Shown here piece after piece: positions 63,384 through 64,000 of a DNA stretch of 64,000 nucleotides (position 1 is the first letter of the stretch; every line of letters begins with the position of its first letter). The DNA lies in contig NC_043015.1 in NCBI RefSeq assembly GCF_006345805.1, positions 32,116,001 to 32,180,000 on the forward strand, read 5' to 3'. The position numbers and the translations under genes are program-made. Under the pieces are notes generated by a model. That model made no database searches. It saw only the letters and a program-made list of their open reading frames with translations, and was not told where the DNA came from. The DNA comes from Octopus sinensis. Taxonomy: Eukaryota.

Positions 63384-63752
63384 AGGCACAAGTGTGGCGA
63401 TGTGATTAAGAAGTTTGGTTGCCAAACATTTGACCCTTGGTTCAGTCCCACTGCACATTGGATAAGTGTCTTCGTCTATAACCCCAGGCCATCCAAAGAA
63501 TTGCAAGTGGACTGCATTACTTATGGAATGACCCAATATGTGTGTGTGTGTGTTTGTCTTTCCACCACTACTTGACAACTGGTGTTGTATTTATGTCCTT
63601 GCAACTTAGCAGTTTGGTAAAAGAGATTGATAGCATAAGTACCAGGCTTTAAAAAAAAAAATACATGCTGGGATTGATTTGTTTCAACTACAGTTCTTCA
63701 AGGTGGTGCCCCAGCATGGCCACAGTCTACTGACCGAAACAAGTAAAAGATA
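63384..63752 (+). mobile_element. SINE family B, diverged
   Basis: Head and tail match. Confidence 0.8.
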
Positions 63753-64000
63753 AAAGATGTGTTTCTGCTGTATAGAGCATGTTGTTCATTTTAACTAACT
63801 ATGCAGTATAGTTGTTTAATTTTTAGATAAATTTGAAGATGTACCAGTCTCCATATTCTTTATAATTGTATTGTATGTGTGTGTGTATATATTTGTGTGA
63901 GTTCATGTCTCCTTGTCTTGGCACGGCCTGAGTGCAAGTGTTGTCTTCACTTCCCAATCTTCTGTAAAAACATATCCAGCCATGGGTAAAAAATTACTTG

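Overview
AT-rich, repeat-dense eukaryotic genomic DNA, most likely octopus/coleoid cephalopod (inferred from the SINE families and (TA)/(CA) microsatellite load). Two spliced genes lie tail-to-tail, both with phase-consistent GT-AG models. (1) A + strand 3-coding-exon gene (8372-13674, 300 aa) encodes an uncharacterised ~7-TM membrane protein. (2) A - strand 6-coding-exon gene (62224-20135, 500 aa, ~42 kb) encodes a low-complexity protein with two C-terminal STI1/DP-like helical domains and no visible TPR. The rest is mobile DNA: four SINE-like families (dozens of copies), RTE and Tx1-like LINE fragments, a decayed Gypsy element with one LTR, Helitron remnants, mariner/pogo/piggyBac-type MITEs, long hairpins, a 26-bp minisatellite grown from a SINE subrepeat and a ~1 kb tandem duplication. 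The most novel-looking signal is a three-way-junction RNA fold shared by two diverged RTE-like 5' leaders. No prokaryotic-type system (CRISPR, operon) is present. Repeat ends are approximate.
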